This document shows positions 39,974-48,535 of a stretch of DNA of 64,000 nucleotides, in pieces. Origin of the DNA: Candidatus Latescibacterota bacterium. GTDB taxonomy: Bacteria; Latescibacterota; UBA2968; UBA8231. How positions within the stretch are numbered: position 1 is the stretch's first letter; every line of letters begins with the position of its first letter. The DNA is taken from positions 1 through 64,000 of the forward strand of contig CBDBIJ010000110.1 in the NCBI GenBank assembly GCA_965205655.1, in the 5' to 3' direction. The notes beneath the pieces are model-generated. The model was given only the letters and a program-made list of their open reading frames with translations, did not search any database and was not told where the DNA came from. Both the position numbers and the translations under genes were made by a program.

Positions 39974-40639
39974 CTATCGTTTTGAGAAAAAAAGGTAGAC
40001 CAGCGTTCCAAGGAGGGTTGATACGATCGCCGGCTCGACGAACTTGCCCCAGCTCTGCTCCTCCATCTCTGTGTTGGCGAATTCGTAGCGCGAATTCTGG
40101 AGCACTTCGAGTCTCTTTTTCGGAATTCGGTCACCCACGCGCTCGCTGGCCTCGTGCTGCCACAGCACCTCCCCATCGACGAAACGGCTCACTTGCAAGT
40201 TGACGGAGATGCGACACTCGCGCTTGATGTGATCTCCCATCAGTCCGGACCAGCCCAGAATACCGAGGTCGATAATCCGGTAGGACAGGCGAGCATCAAC
40301 GCCTTCCGTCGACGATGAATCGATAGTGACCTCGAAGCCGCGGCCGAGCATTTCCTCCACCAAAAGGTGCTCGACCAACCAGTTGGCATCGTGCTCCGAC
40401 TTCGGCTCGATCAGTAGCGGGTCATCCGCCGTCAGCCCCACCTTACCGGCTTCGAGATTGCGAACGGCTTCGTCCACCACCGCTTTCGCCGTCTCTACCA
40501 GCAGGTCCATGTTGGTGGCTACTGGCTCGGCGCCTCCCAGACGACACGGGATCGTCGCGGCGAAACACACGAAAAGAATCGCCACGCTCACGCTGGTCCG
40601 GGCTCGGGGGCCGGTCCTCATATCGACGTTGCCGGCCAC
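39974..40639 (-). CDS. Hypothetical exported protein with C-terminal TM
   Basis: N-terminal signal; C-terminal EPAIVSTLLGTLVYLFFSKR. Confidence 0.65.
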   Translation of the reverse strand: MAGNVDMRTGPRARTSVSVAILFVCFAATIPCRLGGAEPVATNMDLLVETAKAVVDEAVRNLEAGKVGLTADDPLLIEPKSEHDANWLVEHLLVEEMLGRGFEVTIDSSSTEGVDARLSYRIIDLGILGWSGLMGDHIKRECRISVNLQVSRFVDGEVLWQHEASERVGDRIPKKRLEVLQNSRYEFANTEMEEQSWGKFVEPAIVSTLLGTLVYLFFSKR

Positions 40640-40691
40640 CGCTGAGGTGACGAAGCTGCAGACAAAGGGAGTCGGGGAAGGATAAGCCAGA

Positions 40692-41399
40692 TCACCTTGG
40701 ACCCTTCAGGTAGGTCATCTCCTTCCGAGCCTCGTCGAGGTATTCGCTTTCAGGGTATTCGTCGAGAAGCTTCTGGAAGGCCAGCAGGGCATTGTCCTTC
40801 TCGCCCAGCGCGAGATAGCAACGAGCGATCTTTAGCTGTGCGTCGTCGCTTTTCTCGGTCTTGGGATAGGCGAACACCTTGGTGAACTCCGTGAGAGCCT
40901 GACGAAACTTGCCGAGACCGTAATAGCACTCCCCGGTCCAGTACTGGGAGTTATCGGCCAGGTTGCTGTAGGGTGCCATCGTCAGGATCTCTGCAAACTG
41001 GCCCAGGGCCTTGTCGTGCTGGCGGTTGCTGTAGCTGTCTCGGGCGATGCGGTACTTGTGTGGCGCGTCGAATTGACTTGGTCTGAACACGACGGGGTCC
41101 GGTGATCTGGGCGCCGCGGCGCCGGCTCCCAGCGTGTCCAAACGGCCAGCGATGGATCCAATCCGCGCCTGCTGCTGCTGCAATTCGCGCTGCAGCTGTG
41201 AATTGCTCTCCTCGGCGGAGCGGAGGCGCTCTGCCATTGCCCGCTTTCGCTCGTAGGAAGCGTCGACGGCGCGTTTGAGGGCGTCGATCTCTTCGCGCAA
41301 ATCAGCGGTCTGCGACTCCTCCATGTCCGCCGGACGTTGTCCGGCGCAGGCGAACAAACCCAGACCCAGAGTTATTGCTAGCGCCGCCACTCGTCCCAT
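40692..41399 (-). CDS. Tol-Pal associated CpoB/YbgF-like lipoprotein
   Basis: Lipobox LFAC, coiled coil, TPRs with LADNSQYWTGECYY and YPES. Confidence 0.8.
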   Translation of the reverse strand: MGRVAALAITLGLGLFACAGQRPADMEESQTADLREEIDALKRAVDASYERKRAMAERLRSAEESNSQLQRELQQQQARIGSIAGRLDTLGAGAAAPRSPDPVVFRPSQFDAPHKYRIARDSYSNRQHDKALGQFAEILTMAPYSNLADNSQYWTGECYYGLGKFRQALTEFTKVFAYPKTEKSDDAQLKIARCYLALGEKDNALLAFQKLLDEYPESEYLDEARKEMTYLKGPR

Positions 41400-41403
41400 G
41401 CTG

Positions 41404-44160
41404 CTATTTGCTCTCGACGCGAAAGACGAGGTCCTCGGGAGGGTTGGCGGCGAAGTCTTCGCAGCGATCGGCGTAGAGCGCTGACGGCCCGTCAGTAGGA
41501 TCGACTTCGAGAGCTTGTTGGAAAATCTTCTGCGCCTCAGCGGACTCGAATTTTTCGTAGGACTCCAGGCCGCGATTGAAGAGCTCGAGGACGTTGCTCT
41601 TCTGACTGCTCAATTCCCCCTTCCGTTCCAGCACCTCATAGGCGGTAACGGGCTCTTCCTTGCCGACCACCCGAATGAAGTCGAGCCGGCGAGTCTCGAC
41701 GATATCGTCGACCGCCGTGTGAATCGCCTCGTTCACCATGATGCCGGTGCCATACAGCTTCTGGCCGCTCTCGAATCGCGCCGCCAGGTTCACCGTATCG
41801 CCCATCATCGTGTAATCGGTGCGCGCCCGTGAACCCATATTGCCCACGACCATCGGACCGGCGGTGAGCCCCATCCGCACATGTGCGAAAATTCGCCCCT
41901 GTTTATCCCACCGGTCCCACAGTTCGTAGAGCGCCGGCGGCAGCGATTTGTCGGCTTGCCACCTCTTTCTCGCCTCGACCAACGCCCGTTGCTGGTCGAT
42001 ACAGGAGAGGCAGCCGCGCACGGCGTGATCGTCCATGTAGACGGGGGCCCCGAAAAAGGCGAGGATGGCGTCGCCCTCGAACTTGTCTATGGTTCCGCCG
42101 AAGTCTTCGACGATTTCGCACATCTCGCTGAGGTAGTCGTTGATGAAGCCCACCAGCTCCGCGGGCGTGAGGCACTCGGAGATGGTGGAGAAGCTGGCCA
42201 CGTCGGAGGAGAACGACGTCATGACCCTCTCTTCGCCGCCGAGCTGATTGATCATGTCGGGGTTGTTCATGATCTGATCGACGACGGCCGGAGCCAGGTA
42301 GTGCCCGAAGGCACCCTGCACGAAATCCTTCTCTTTCTCCTTGATGACATAGCCGTAGATGGTGATGGCGAGGTATCCCACGACGAGAGTCGCCATCGGC
42401 GCCACGACCTCCATCCAGTAGAGGGCGTGAGTGAGGGCGAAGAAGGCGACCAGGATGTATAGGATGACCGCTGCGCCCACCAGGAAAGCTCCTGCGAGCA
42501 CCCTCAGGCGGGGAACGACGAGTGACAGCAGAACCCCGAAGGCGAGAATGATGACTGCGTCGACCCAGAAGGGCATTCGATGAATGAAGAGCCCTTCTAC
42601 GATGGTGTTGACGACGCTCGGATAGATCCCGACCATCGGGTAGTCGCCCTGAAACGGCGTCACGTTGAGGTCCTCCGTTCCGGTGCCGGTGAGACCGTAG
42701 AACAGGACCTTGCCAGCCACGCTCTCCGGCGTGAGCAGGTTGCCCTTGTACATGCTGAGACGGAAGTAGTATAGCGGCCTGGAGCTTTGGGGCACGGTGC
42801 CGTCCACCAGCAGTGAGCGGACGAACTCGGCGCTCTCCGCAACGAGTGTTGGATCGTAGTCCGGAAGAGCCCGAAGCAGATCGGTGACAGCGGTATCCTG
42901 ATTCTCAGCGAGCAGGTCGGCGAGCCGATTGTTGAGGGCGATCTGTTCGACCATCGCCACCTGCTCCTCATTCGGGTCGCTCATACCCTTCTTCTTCCAG
43001 AACTCAACTGGATCCACGTCGCCGGAGTGCTGCTGAACCTCCTGCTCGATGAAACGAGCTCTGAAATAGCTGATGATCGATTCCTGGATCTTTGCCGGTT
43101 CGTCGAACCCCTCTTCGGCGAGTGCACCCATCAGAAGGTTGGGATCGCGCGCATAGTGCGGTTGCTCGCTGACGATTCGCTTGAGGCGGGTGAGGATCTC
43201 CTGCTTGGCAGCCCACCGCAACCCGATGTGGGGAAAGTGGACGAATGTCTCGTCCCAGCGGCCGACCCAGTTGACGATCATGTTTCCTTCATCATCAATC
43301 GGGATGTCGATCGTCCGGCGGCCCTCCGACGTCTGCGCGTTGGGGAGGCGTACGTGCTCGCCCGGCGTCACCTCGACGCTGGAGACGGGAACTTGGAGGT
43401 AGTCGCAGGCTGCCACGAGCGGCAGTGCGGGAAACAAGTCGTCGCCGTATTGATAAACGAGCGGGTAGCGGCGCCGCGTTCCATCGACATCAGCGACGGT
43501 CTGGGCGAAGGCGAATCCCCTCGCCGCGTCACGGAGGATCTTCAGTGGCGGAACGAAGTCTTCGATCCGCGCGATCGTGCTCGCCGCGGGAGACATGCCC
43601 TTGGGGAGCTTGGGCGAGTTGGCGCGAATCCATTGAAGCGCCTCTTCCTTGTCGGGGGTTCGGCCTACTGTCTCGTCGCCCCACACCGTGAACTGAGCGA
43701 GATAGACATTGTCGGCCGCTTCGATGGTTTCTTTGAAATGGCGGTCGTAATCCGCGTCGCGCAGGAGCGCCGCGACCGAAGCGCTGTCGATGCTCGACAA
43801 ACGCGAGATCTCGCGTTCTGAGACCACGCGCGAAGACGGCTCCGTGAAGTAGACGTCGAAAGCGACGGCCTGGGCACCGAACTGACTCAGCACCGATATG
43901 ACATCGAGATATTTGTCGCGAGTCCAGTCTTGGTACCTACCCTCTGCCTCGATGCTCTTGTCATCGATGTCGATGGTGCCGAGGCGCGGGTCCATGGGCG
44001 GCATGCCGAAAACACTGTTGCGAATGTTGAGTCGCCAGTCATAGCTGAGCAACTCGGCGCGTTCGTAGGCCTTCGTGAGCGTAAACAGCAAGACGAGGAT
44101 CCCCACGAGGGGTCCGATGAGTCGTTCGAGAGCTGAGGCTCGGTTCGCTTCGGCGGCCAT
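41404..44160 (-). CDS. CHASE2-domain class III adenylate/guanylate cyclase with C-terminal TPR
   Basis: CHASE2 (IDDKSI, VAFDVYFTEP, DVDGTRRR), three TMs, SSDVASFS, IDKFEGDA, DYTMMGDTVNLAARFE. Confidence 0.92.
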   Translation of the reverse strand: MAAEANRASALERLIGPLVGILVLLFTLTKAYERAELLSYDWRLNIRNSVFGMPPMDPRLGTIDIDDKSIEAEGRYQDWTRDKYLDVISVLSQFGAQAVAFDVYFTEPSSRVVSEREISRLSSIDSASVAALLRDADYDRHFKETIEAADNVYLAQFTVWGDETVGRTPDKEEALQWIRANSPKLPKGMSPAASTIARIEDFVPPLKILRDAARGFAFAQTVADVDGTRRRYPLVYQYGDDLFPALPLVAACDYLQVPVSSVEVTPGEHVRLPNAQTSEGRRTIDIPIDDEGNMIVNWVGRWDETFVHFPHIGLRWAAKQEILTRLKRIVSEQPHYARDPNLLMGALAEEGFDEPAKIQESIISYFRARFIEQEVQQHSGDVDPVEFWKKKGMSDPNEEQVAMVEQIALNNRLADLLAENQDTAVTDLLRALPDYDPTLVAESAEFVRSLLVDGTVPQSSRPLYYFRLSMYKGNLLTPESVAGKVLFYGLTGTGTEDLNVTPFQGDYPMVGIYPSVVNTIVEGLFIHRMPFWVDAVIILAFGVLLSLVVPRLRVLAGAFLVGAAVILYILVAFFALTHALYWMEVVAPMATLVVGYLAITIYGYVIKEKEKDFVQGAFGHYLAPAVVDQIMNNPDMINQLGGEERVMTSFSSDVASFSTISECLTPAELVGFINDYLSEMCEIVEDFGGTIDKFEGDAILAFFGAPVYMDDHAVRGCLSCIDQQRALVEARKRWQADKSLPPALYELWDRWDKQGRIFAHVRMGLTAGPMVVGNMGSRARTDYTMMGDTVNLAARFESGQKLYGTGIMVNEAIHTAVDDIVETRRLDFIRVVGKEEPVTAYEVLERKGELSSQKSNVLELFNRGLESYEKFESAEAQKIFQQALEVDPTDGPSALYADRCEDFAANPPEDLVFRVESK

Positions 44161-44302
44161 CGACAGATCCTGAGTATCTGGATTGACACACGTACGACGG
44201 CTGTCAGCGACGCTTCACGCCGTGACAGATGGGTGGGTCAAATTATAATGGAGGAGCGGAAAAATGGCCACACTGAGGGTAGGGGCATGACTTGACCGTC
44301 AT

Positions 44303-44334
44303 AAAAAAAACCGGCCGAGTTACTCATCGGCCGG
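44303..44334 (-). terminator. Rho-independent terminator after the small TPR gene
   Basis: CCGGCCGA / TCGGCCGG stem plus T8 on the minus strand. Confidence 0.85.
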
Positions 44335-44403
44335 CCTTCACAGCTTTGGAACCGAATGAATTCACATGATCGAGGTCATTCCTCCGTCATCAACCGGAAG
44401 AAT

Positions 44404-44913
44404 CTACTTCAGCGCCGCGAGCCTGTCCCGAGCCTTGCCCGCGAAGCCGCTCTTGGAGTGCTCCTTGGTAACCTGGCCGTAGTAGTCAGTGGCCTCGGCT
44501 TTCTTGCCGATCTTCTCGTAGCATTGCGCGATGAAGAACTTCTGTTTCGCTACATTGGGTCCCTTCGGGCTCTTGGCGACCGCCTTCTTGAGGGAATCGA
44601 TCGCCTTGCTGAGCTTGTCCTGGCTCGGATAGCGCTTGGCGCCCTTGTAGTAGAGCTTGTCGAGGACCTGGTCCACGGCGCCGCGCACGCCGGCGACCGT
44701 CACCGTCTTCTGCAACTGGAGCGATTCCTGTTTCACCATATCGTCCACCTGGGTCCATATGGTGTTCATCCAGTCCTCGTCGAAGGCCTTCGATTTTGAC
44801 TGCTCAGTACCAGCGGCTTCGGTCGCTGCCTCCTTTTTCTCTTCCAAAGCGCTCGTGGAGATGGCGCTCAATGCGATAAACGATGCCGCGAAAGCGAGTG
44901 CAAACAGTTTCAT
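44404..44913 (-). CDS. Secreted TPR protein with VAGVRG motif
   Basis: Sec signal, TVTVAGVRGA, C-terminal TPR pair; strong RBS. Confidence 0.75.
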   Translation of the reverse strand: MKLFALAFAASFIALSAISTSALEEKKEAATEAAGTEQSKSKAFDEDWMNTIWTQVDDMVKQESLQLQKTVTVAGVRGAVDQVLDKLYYKGAKRYPSQDKLSKAIDSLKKAVAKSPKGPNVAKQKFFIAQCYEKIGKKAEATDYYGQVTKEHSKSGFAGKARDRLAALK

Positions 44914-45105
44914 GATTCTTCCCTCCTCCTCGTGGCCTGCAGCTGAATCGAGAATTGTCTGAGACGAGACTTTCAGTCTCGTCCCTCTGCTGATATCATC
45001 GGAAAATTCCGCTCAGTTGACCATGACCGGGATCACAGTGACCGGGAATCTTTTTTTGATGATCTGGATCACATTTAGATATAGTCGAGGCCATGGTCCC
45101 CCTTA

Positions 45106-46617
45106 GCAGCCTGTGGTGAAAGTCGGTGATTTTCTTGCGGCGCGGATGAGGAGCCTCTCCTTACCTTTGAGCATCAACCTTGCAGGGGAGATGCTGTCAT
45201 GGCGTTGGGAAAACGGAAGCGCGCGAGCCAAGCTCAGCTGTGGGTGGCGACGCAGCACCTGAGGGCTCCGGGACATCCTTTTTACAAGAGATTGAATGAG
45301 GTGCTGGACAAGCACGGATTCGACGAGTTTGTGGAAGAGCGGTGCACGACGTTTTACGCCGAGGGCGCCGGTCGGCCCGGCATCCCGCCCGGGGTCTATT
45401 TCCGCCTGCTCATGATCGGCTATTTCGAGGGCATCGACTCGGAGCGTGAGATCGCCTGGCGCGTCGCCGATTCGCTGTCGTTGCGGGCATTCCTCGGCTA
45501 CGAGCTCGACAAGGCTACGCCCGATCATTCGACGGTGTCTCGCACGCGCCGGCTGATCGACTTCCAGACGCATCATGAGGTCTTCGAGGGGGTGTTGAAG
45601 GTGCTGGCCACATCGAACCTGCTGAAGGGGAAGACGCTGGGCGTCGACGCCACGACGCTGGATGCCAACGCCGCCATGCGCAGCATCGTGCGCCGGGACA
45701 CGGGCGAAAGTTACGAGGAGTTTCTCACGAAGTTGGCCAAGGCCTCGGGCATCGAGACGCCAACGCGAGAGGATCTGGCCAGAATCGACAAGAAGCGCCC
45801 GAAGAAAGCGTCCAATAAGGACTGGGAACACCCGCACGATCCGGATGCCCGCATTACCAAGACGAAGGATCGTCGCACCCATCTGGCGCACAAGGTGGAG
45901 ACGGCGGTGGACATGGACACCCAGGCGATCGTCGCCGTGAGTCTGCCGAGTGCCGATGAAGGCGACACCGAATCGCTGCCGTGGATGCTGGTGCGAACCG
46001 AATTGAACGTGGAGGCCGTGTCGCAGGATCCCGAGGCCAGGAAGCATCTGCATCCCAAACCGTTGTCGGAAGTCGTCACCGACAAGGGGTATCACAGCAA
46101 CGAGGTGCTGGTCGATCTCAAAGCCAGTGCCATTCGCAGCTACATTTCCGAACCGGATCGCGGGCGTCGAGATTGGAAGGACAAAGCGGAAGCACAACAG
46201 GCGGTGTATGCCAATCGCCGACGCATTCGCGGCAACCGCGGGCAGGCGCTGCGGCGTAAGCGCGGCGAGCTGCTCGAACGCCCGTATGCTCATCTGTTCG
46301 AAACCGGCGGTATGCGACGGCTGTTTCTTCGGGGCCGACAAAACATCCTCAAACGCCTCGTCATTCACGTGTGCGGCTGCAATTTCGGCCTCCTCATGCG
46401 CACCCTCTTCGGTGCGGGCACTCCGAGGGGTATGAGGGAGGCGTTTTCCCTCATTTCGTCTCTCATCACTCAGGTTTTCGCGCCTTGGCGCGCTTTGTCG
46501 CCGCCCGTGGTTCAACTCTCGGGCACTGCTCGATTTTCGTCGCCATTGGCGGCAACTCGCACCACGAATCTCAGGCCACCCCAAATCTTCCCAAACGGGG
46601 CTTTAGCCACGGGCTGC
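45106..46617 (+). mobile_element. IS5/IS1182-type insertion sequence
   Basis: IRs GCAGCCTGTGGTGAAAGTC / GCAGCCCGTGGCTAAAGCC, flanked by TA on both sides. Confidence 0.85.
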
Positions 46618-46620
46618 TAG
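45199..46620 (+). CDS. DUF772 + DDE transposase
   Basis: GRPGIPP, EGIDSER, PDHSTVSRTR, GVDATT, DPDARI, TDKGY, ELLERP. Confidence 0.9.
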   Translation: MALGKRKRASQAQLWVATQHLRAPGHPFYKRLNEVLDKHGFDEFVEERCTTFYAEGAGRPGIPPGVYFRLLMIGYFEGIDSEREIAWRVADSLSLRAFLGYELDKATPDHSTVSRTRRLIDFQTHHEVFEGVLKVLATSNLLKGKTLGVDATTLDANAAMRSIVRRDTGESYEEFLTKLAKASGIETPTREDLARIDKKRPKKASNKDWEHPHDPDARITKTKDRRTHLAHKVETAVDMDTQAIVAVSLPSADEGDTESLPWMLVRTELNVEAVSQDPEARKHLHPKPLSEVVTDKGYHSNEVLVDLKASAIRSYISEPDRGRRDWKDKAEAQQAVYANRRRIRGNRGQALRRKRGELLERPYAHLFETGGMRRLFLRGRQNILKRLVIHVCGCNFGLLMRTLFGAGTPRGMREAFSLISSLITQVFAPWRALSPPVVQLSGTARFSSPLAATRTTNLRPPQIFPNGALATGC

Positions 46621-46634
46621 GGGCTGCGCAGAAA

Positions 46635-47591
46635 TTAGTTGGCATTTAGACAGGTCGGATGAGGCGGTTGAATGGTGTAGTTCCATTGCGGCAAGATCGC
46701 GTCGTGTTGAATCTCGATCTGGCGGTAGAGTTCCGTGCTGATCTTTTTGCCGGTGTCGTAGCGTTTGCGGTTGAGGGTGGCATCGACCGTCAGGCCGGTC
46801 TTTGTGGTGGTGGTGCGCAAGTAGTTGAGGATGAGCGCATAGGACTCCAGCGGCACCCCGGCCCAGTTGAGGCTGATGAAACTGAAGAGGCGGTGGTCGA
46901 TGGGATTCCACTTGGAGGCTCCCGGCGGATAGTGACAGACCGTGACCGGCAGAGAGTAGCTGTGCACCAGCCGCTGGGACAGACAGTATTTCCACAGGTG
47001 CGATTGCGCGCTGTTACTGCCGCCGGTATCGCAGAGGATGAGCAACTCGCGCATATCGGGGTGATGATACCAGCCGTAGGTGGTTAGCCAGGTTTCGATG
47101 GCGTCGACGGCGAATTCGGCGGTGTCGTGAGAGGTGCCGACGACGACCGTACCGGCGTTCCTCTGCGGGTCGTAGATGCCGTAGGGCAGGGCCACGCCAA
47201 AAGACTGAGAGCGAAAGTCGTGGGTGAGCACCTCCCGCCCCATCCAGCACCAGGTTTGCCCGGGGTTGAGGAACAGACCCACCAGCTCGCGTTTCTTGCT
47301 GTCGACGCTGATGACGGGCTGGCCCCGGTCCTCAAAGCTTGCCTTGATGGCACTGAGATGACGAAACTGCTGGTCGCGCTGCGGATGACGGGTCTCCCCG
47401 ATGCTCTTGCGGTTGCGCTGCAGCGAAAAATTGAGTCGCTTGAGGCAGGCGGCCACGGTGTTCGGGCTGGCGGCGACCCCTTCGGCGGCCAGCGTCTTGC
47501 TCACGGAGCGCGTGCTCTTCCTCGACCACTTCAACCCGGTCATGGGATCACCGGCCGTGTCGTCGACCAGCAGCGCCTCGATTCGGCTCAT
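46635..47591 (-). CDS. ISAzo13 transposase, catalytic ORF
   Basis: TAGDPM..LKW, ISVDSKKRELVG, HDF, PYGIYD, CDTGGSN, HYPPGASKWNPIDHRLFS, WNYTI. Confidence 0.92.
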   Translation of the reverse strand: MSRIEALLVDDTAGDPMTGLKWSRKSTRSVSKTLAAEGVAASPNTVAACLKRLNFSLQRNRKSIGETRHPQRDQQFRHLSAIKASFEDRGQPVISVDSKKRELVGLFLNPGQTWCWMGREVLTHDFRSQSFGVALPYGIYDPQRNAGTVVVGTSHDTAEFAVDAIETWLTTYGWYHHPDMRELLILCDTGGSNSAQSHLWKYCLSQRLVHSYSLPVTVCHYPPGASKWNPIDHRLFSFISLNWAGVPLESYALILNYLRTTTTKTGLTVDATLNRKRYDTGKKISTELYRQIEIQHDAILPQWNYTIQPPHPTCLNAN

Positions 47592-48330
47592 GAGTTTTTT
47601 TTAATGCCGGTCGCCCGGCTCCCACAGCGCGGACGCGATCTATGGAAACGCCACCGCTGTGCAATTCCTGCCGTCCCCGAGCCACGGTCTTGACGTTGAG
47701 CCCGGTCCAACCCGCGACGATGGTGTCGCCGCCGCGACCCAGACGCAGCGACTCGAACCCGGCATACAGACGCCGCTGCTTTTCGTTGAGGGTCGCCAGA
47801 AAGGCCTGCAGGTGGGGACGCAGGTCGGCCTCCAGACCGAGGCCCATGAAGGAGACCGCTTCGGCCTGCACCTGCTGCTGGCGGTGCGCCAGTTGCGCGG
47901 AGCCGTCGTGCACCGAGACGTACAGGTACTCGCCGCCGATCTGGTGGCGCAGCACCCGTCCGCGACGATACAGGCTCAACAGCGCGGCGTGCACCCGCAC
48001 CCCGAGCACATCCTCCAGCTCGGCGGACACCCAACCGCCAGCCGCCGCGTCCACCAACTGCGCCATCGTCTCCACCAGCGTACCATGACGCGAAAACCGG
48101 ATGCCCGTAGAGGACCACAATCCATGGCCATCCCAGCGTGCGATACGCTCCAGGGTGTAATACCTGCCCGCATGAGAATAACTGCTGTGATAATCCAGCT
48201 GGCGCAGCTTGCGCAGCGCCGTCATCTTCACCGGCGTACCCAGGGCTGCCTTCACCTGTGCCAGGTCGAGCACCTTGCGCGCGTCGAAGGCCCGCACCAG
48301 CTCCTTGGTGGCGTATCGAATCGGTCGCAT
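47548..48330 (-). CDS. ISAzo13 transposase, N-terminal ORF
   Basis: SSYSHAGRYYTL; LNEKQRRLYAG..S..LGRGG; VRAVGAGRP. Confidence 0.8.
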   Translation of the reverse strand: MRPIRYATKELVRAFDARKVLDLAQVKAALGTPVKMTALRKLRQLDYHSSYSHAGRYYTLERIARWDGHGLWSSTGIRFSRHGTLVETMAQLVDAAAGGWVSAELEDVLGVRVHAALLSLYRRGRVLRHQIGGEYLYVSVHDGSAQLAHRQQQVQAEAVSFMGLGLEADLRPHLQAFLATLNEKQRRLYAGFESLRLGRGGDTIVAGWTGLNVKTVARGRQELHSGGVSIDRVRAVGAGRPALKKTHEPNRGAAGRRHGR

Positions 48331-48535
48331 ATGTTACCTTTGGGCCTGGTAGGAGCGGTGTATATACACAATAGTAACATAACGACCAGCCAGGGGCAAT
48401 GGGACCCCGTGAGAATGAATACCGCCGATACAACCAACCCATGATTATGTGCTTTCTGATCTCAACAATATCCTCATAATTAATGGACAGCTACTAAGAA
48501 CGCCTGCCGCGACAAACCCGTTCCTCAGCGGACGT

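Larger units (their letters stand above)
46620..48494 (-). mobile_element. ISAzo13-family insertion sequence (two ORFs, A8 frameshift site)
   Basis: Imperfect IRs GGGGCTGCGCAGAAATTA / GTAGCTGTCCATTAATTA, flanked by TA. Confidence 0.75.

Noticed and set aside
44960..44990. Hairpin GGGACGAGAC-TGAAA-GTCTCGTCTC in the TPR gene leader as a riboswitch
   Set aside because: A single stem without recognisable riboswitch consensus; it cannot be supported without an Rfam search
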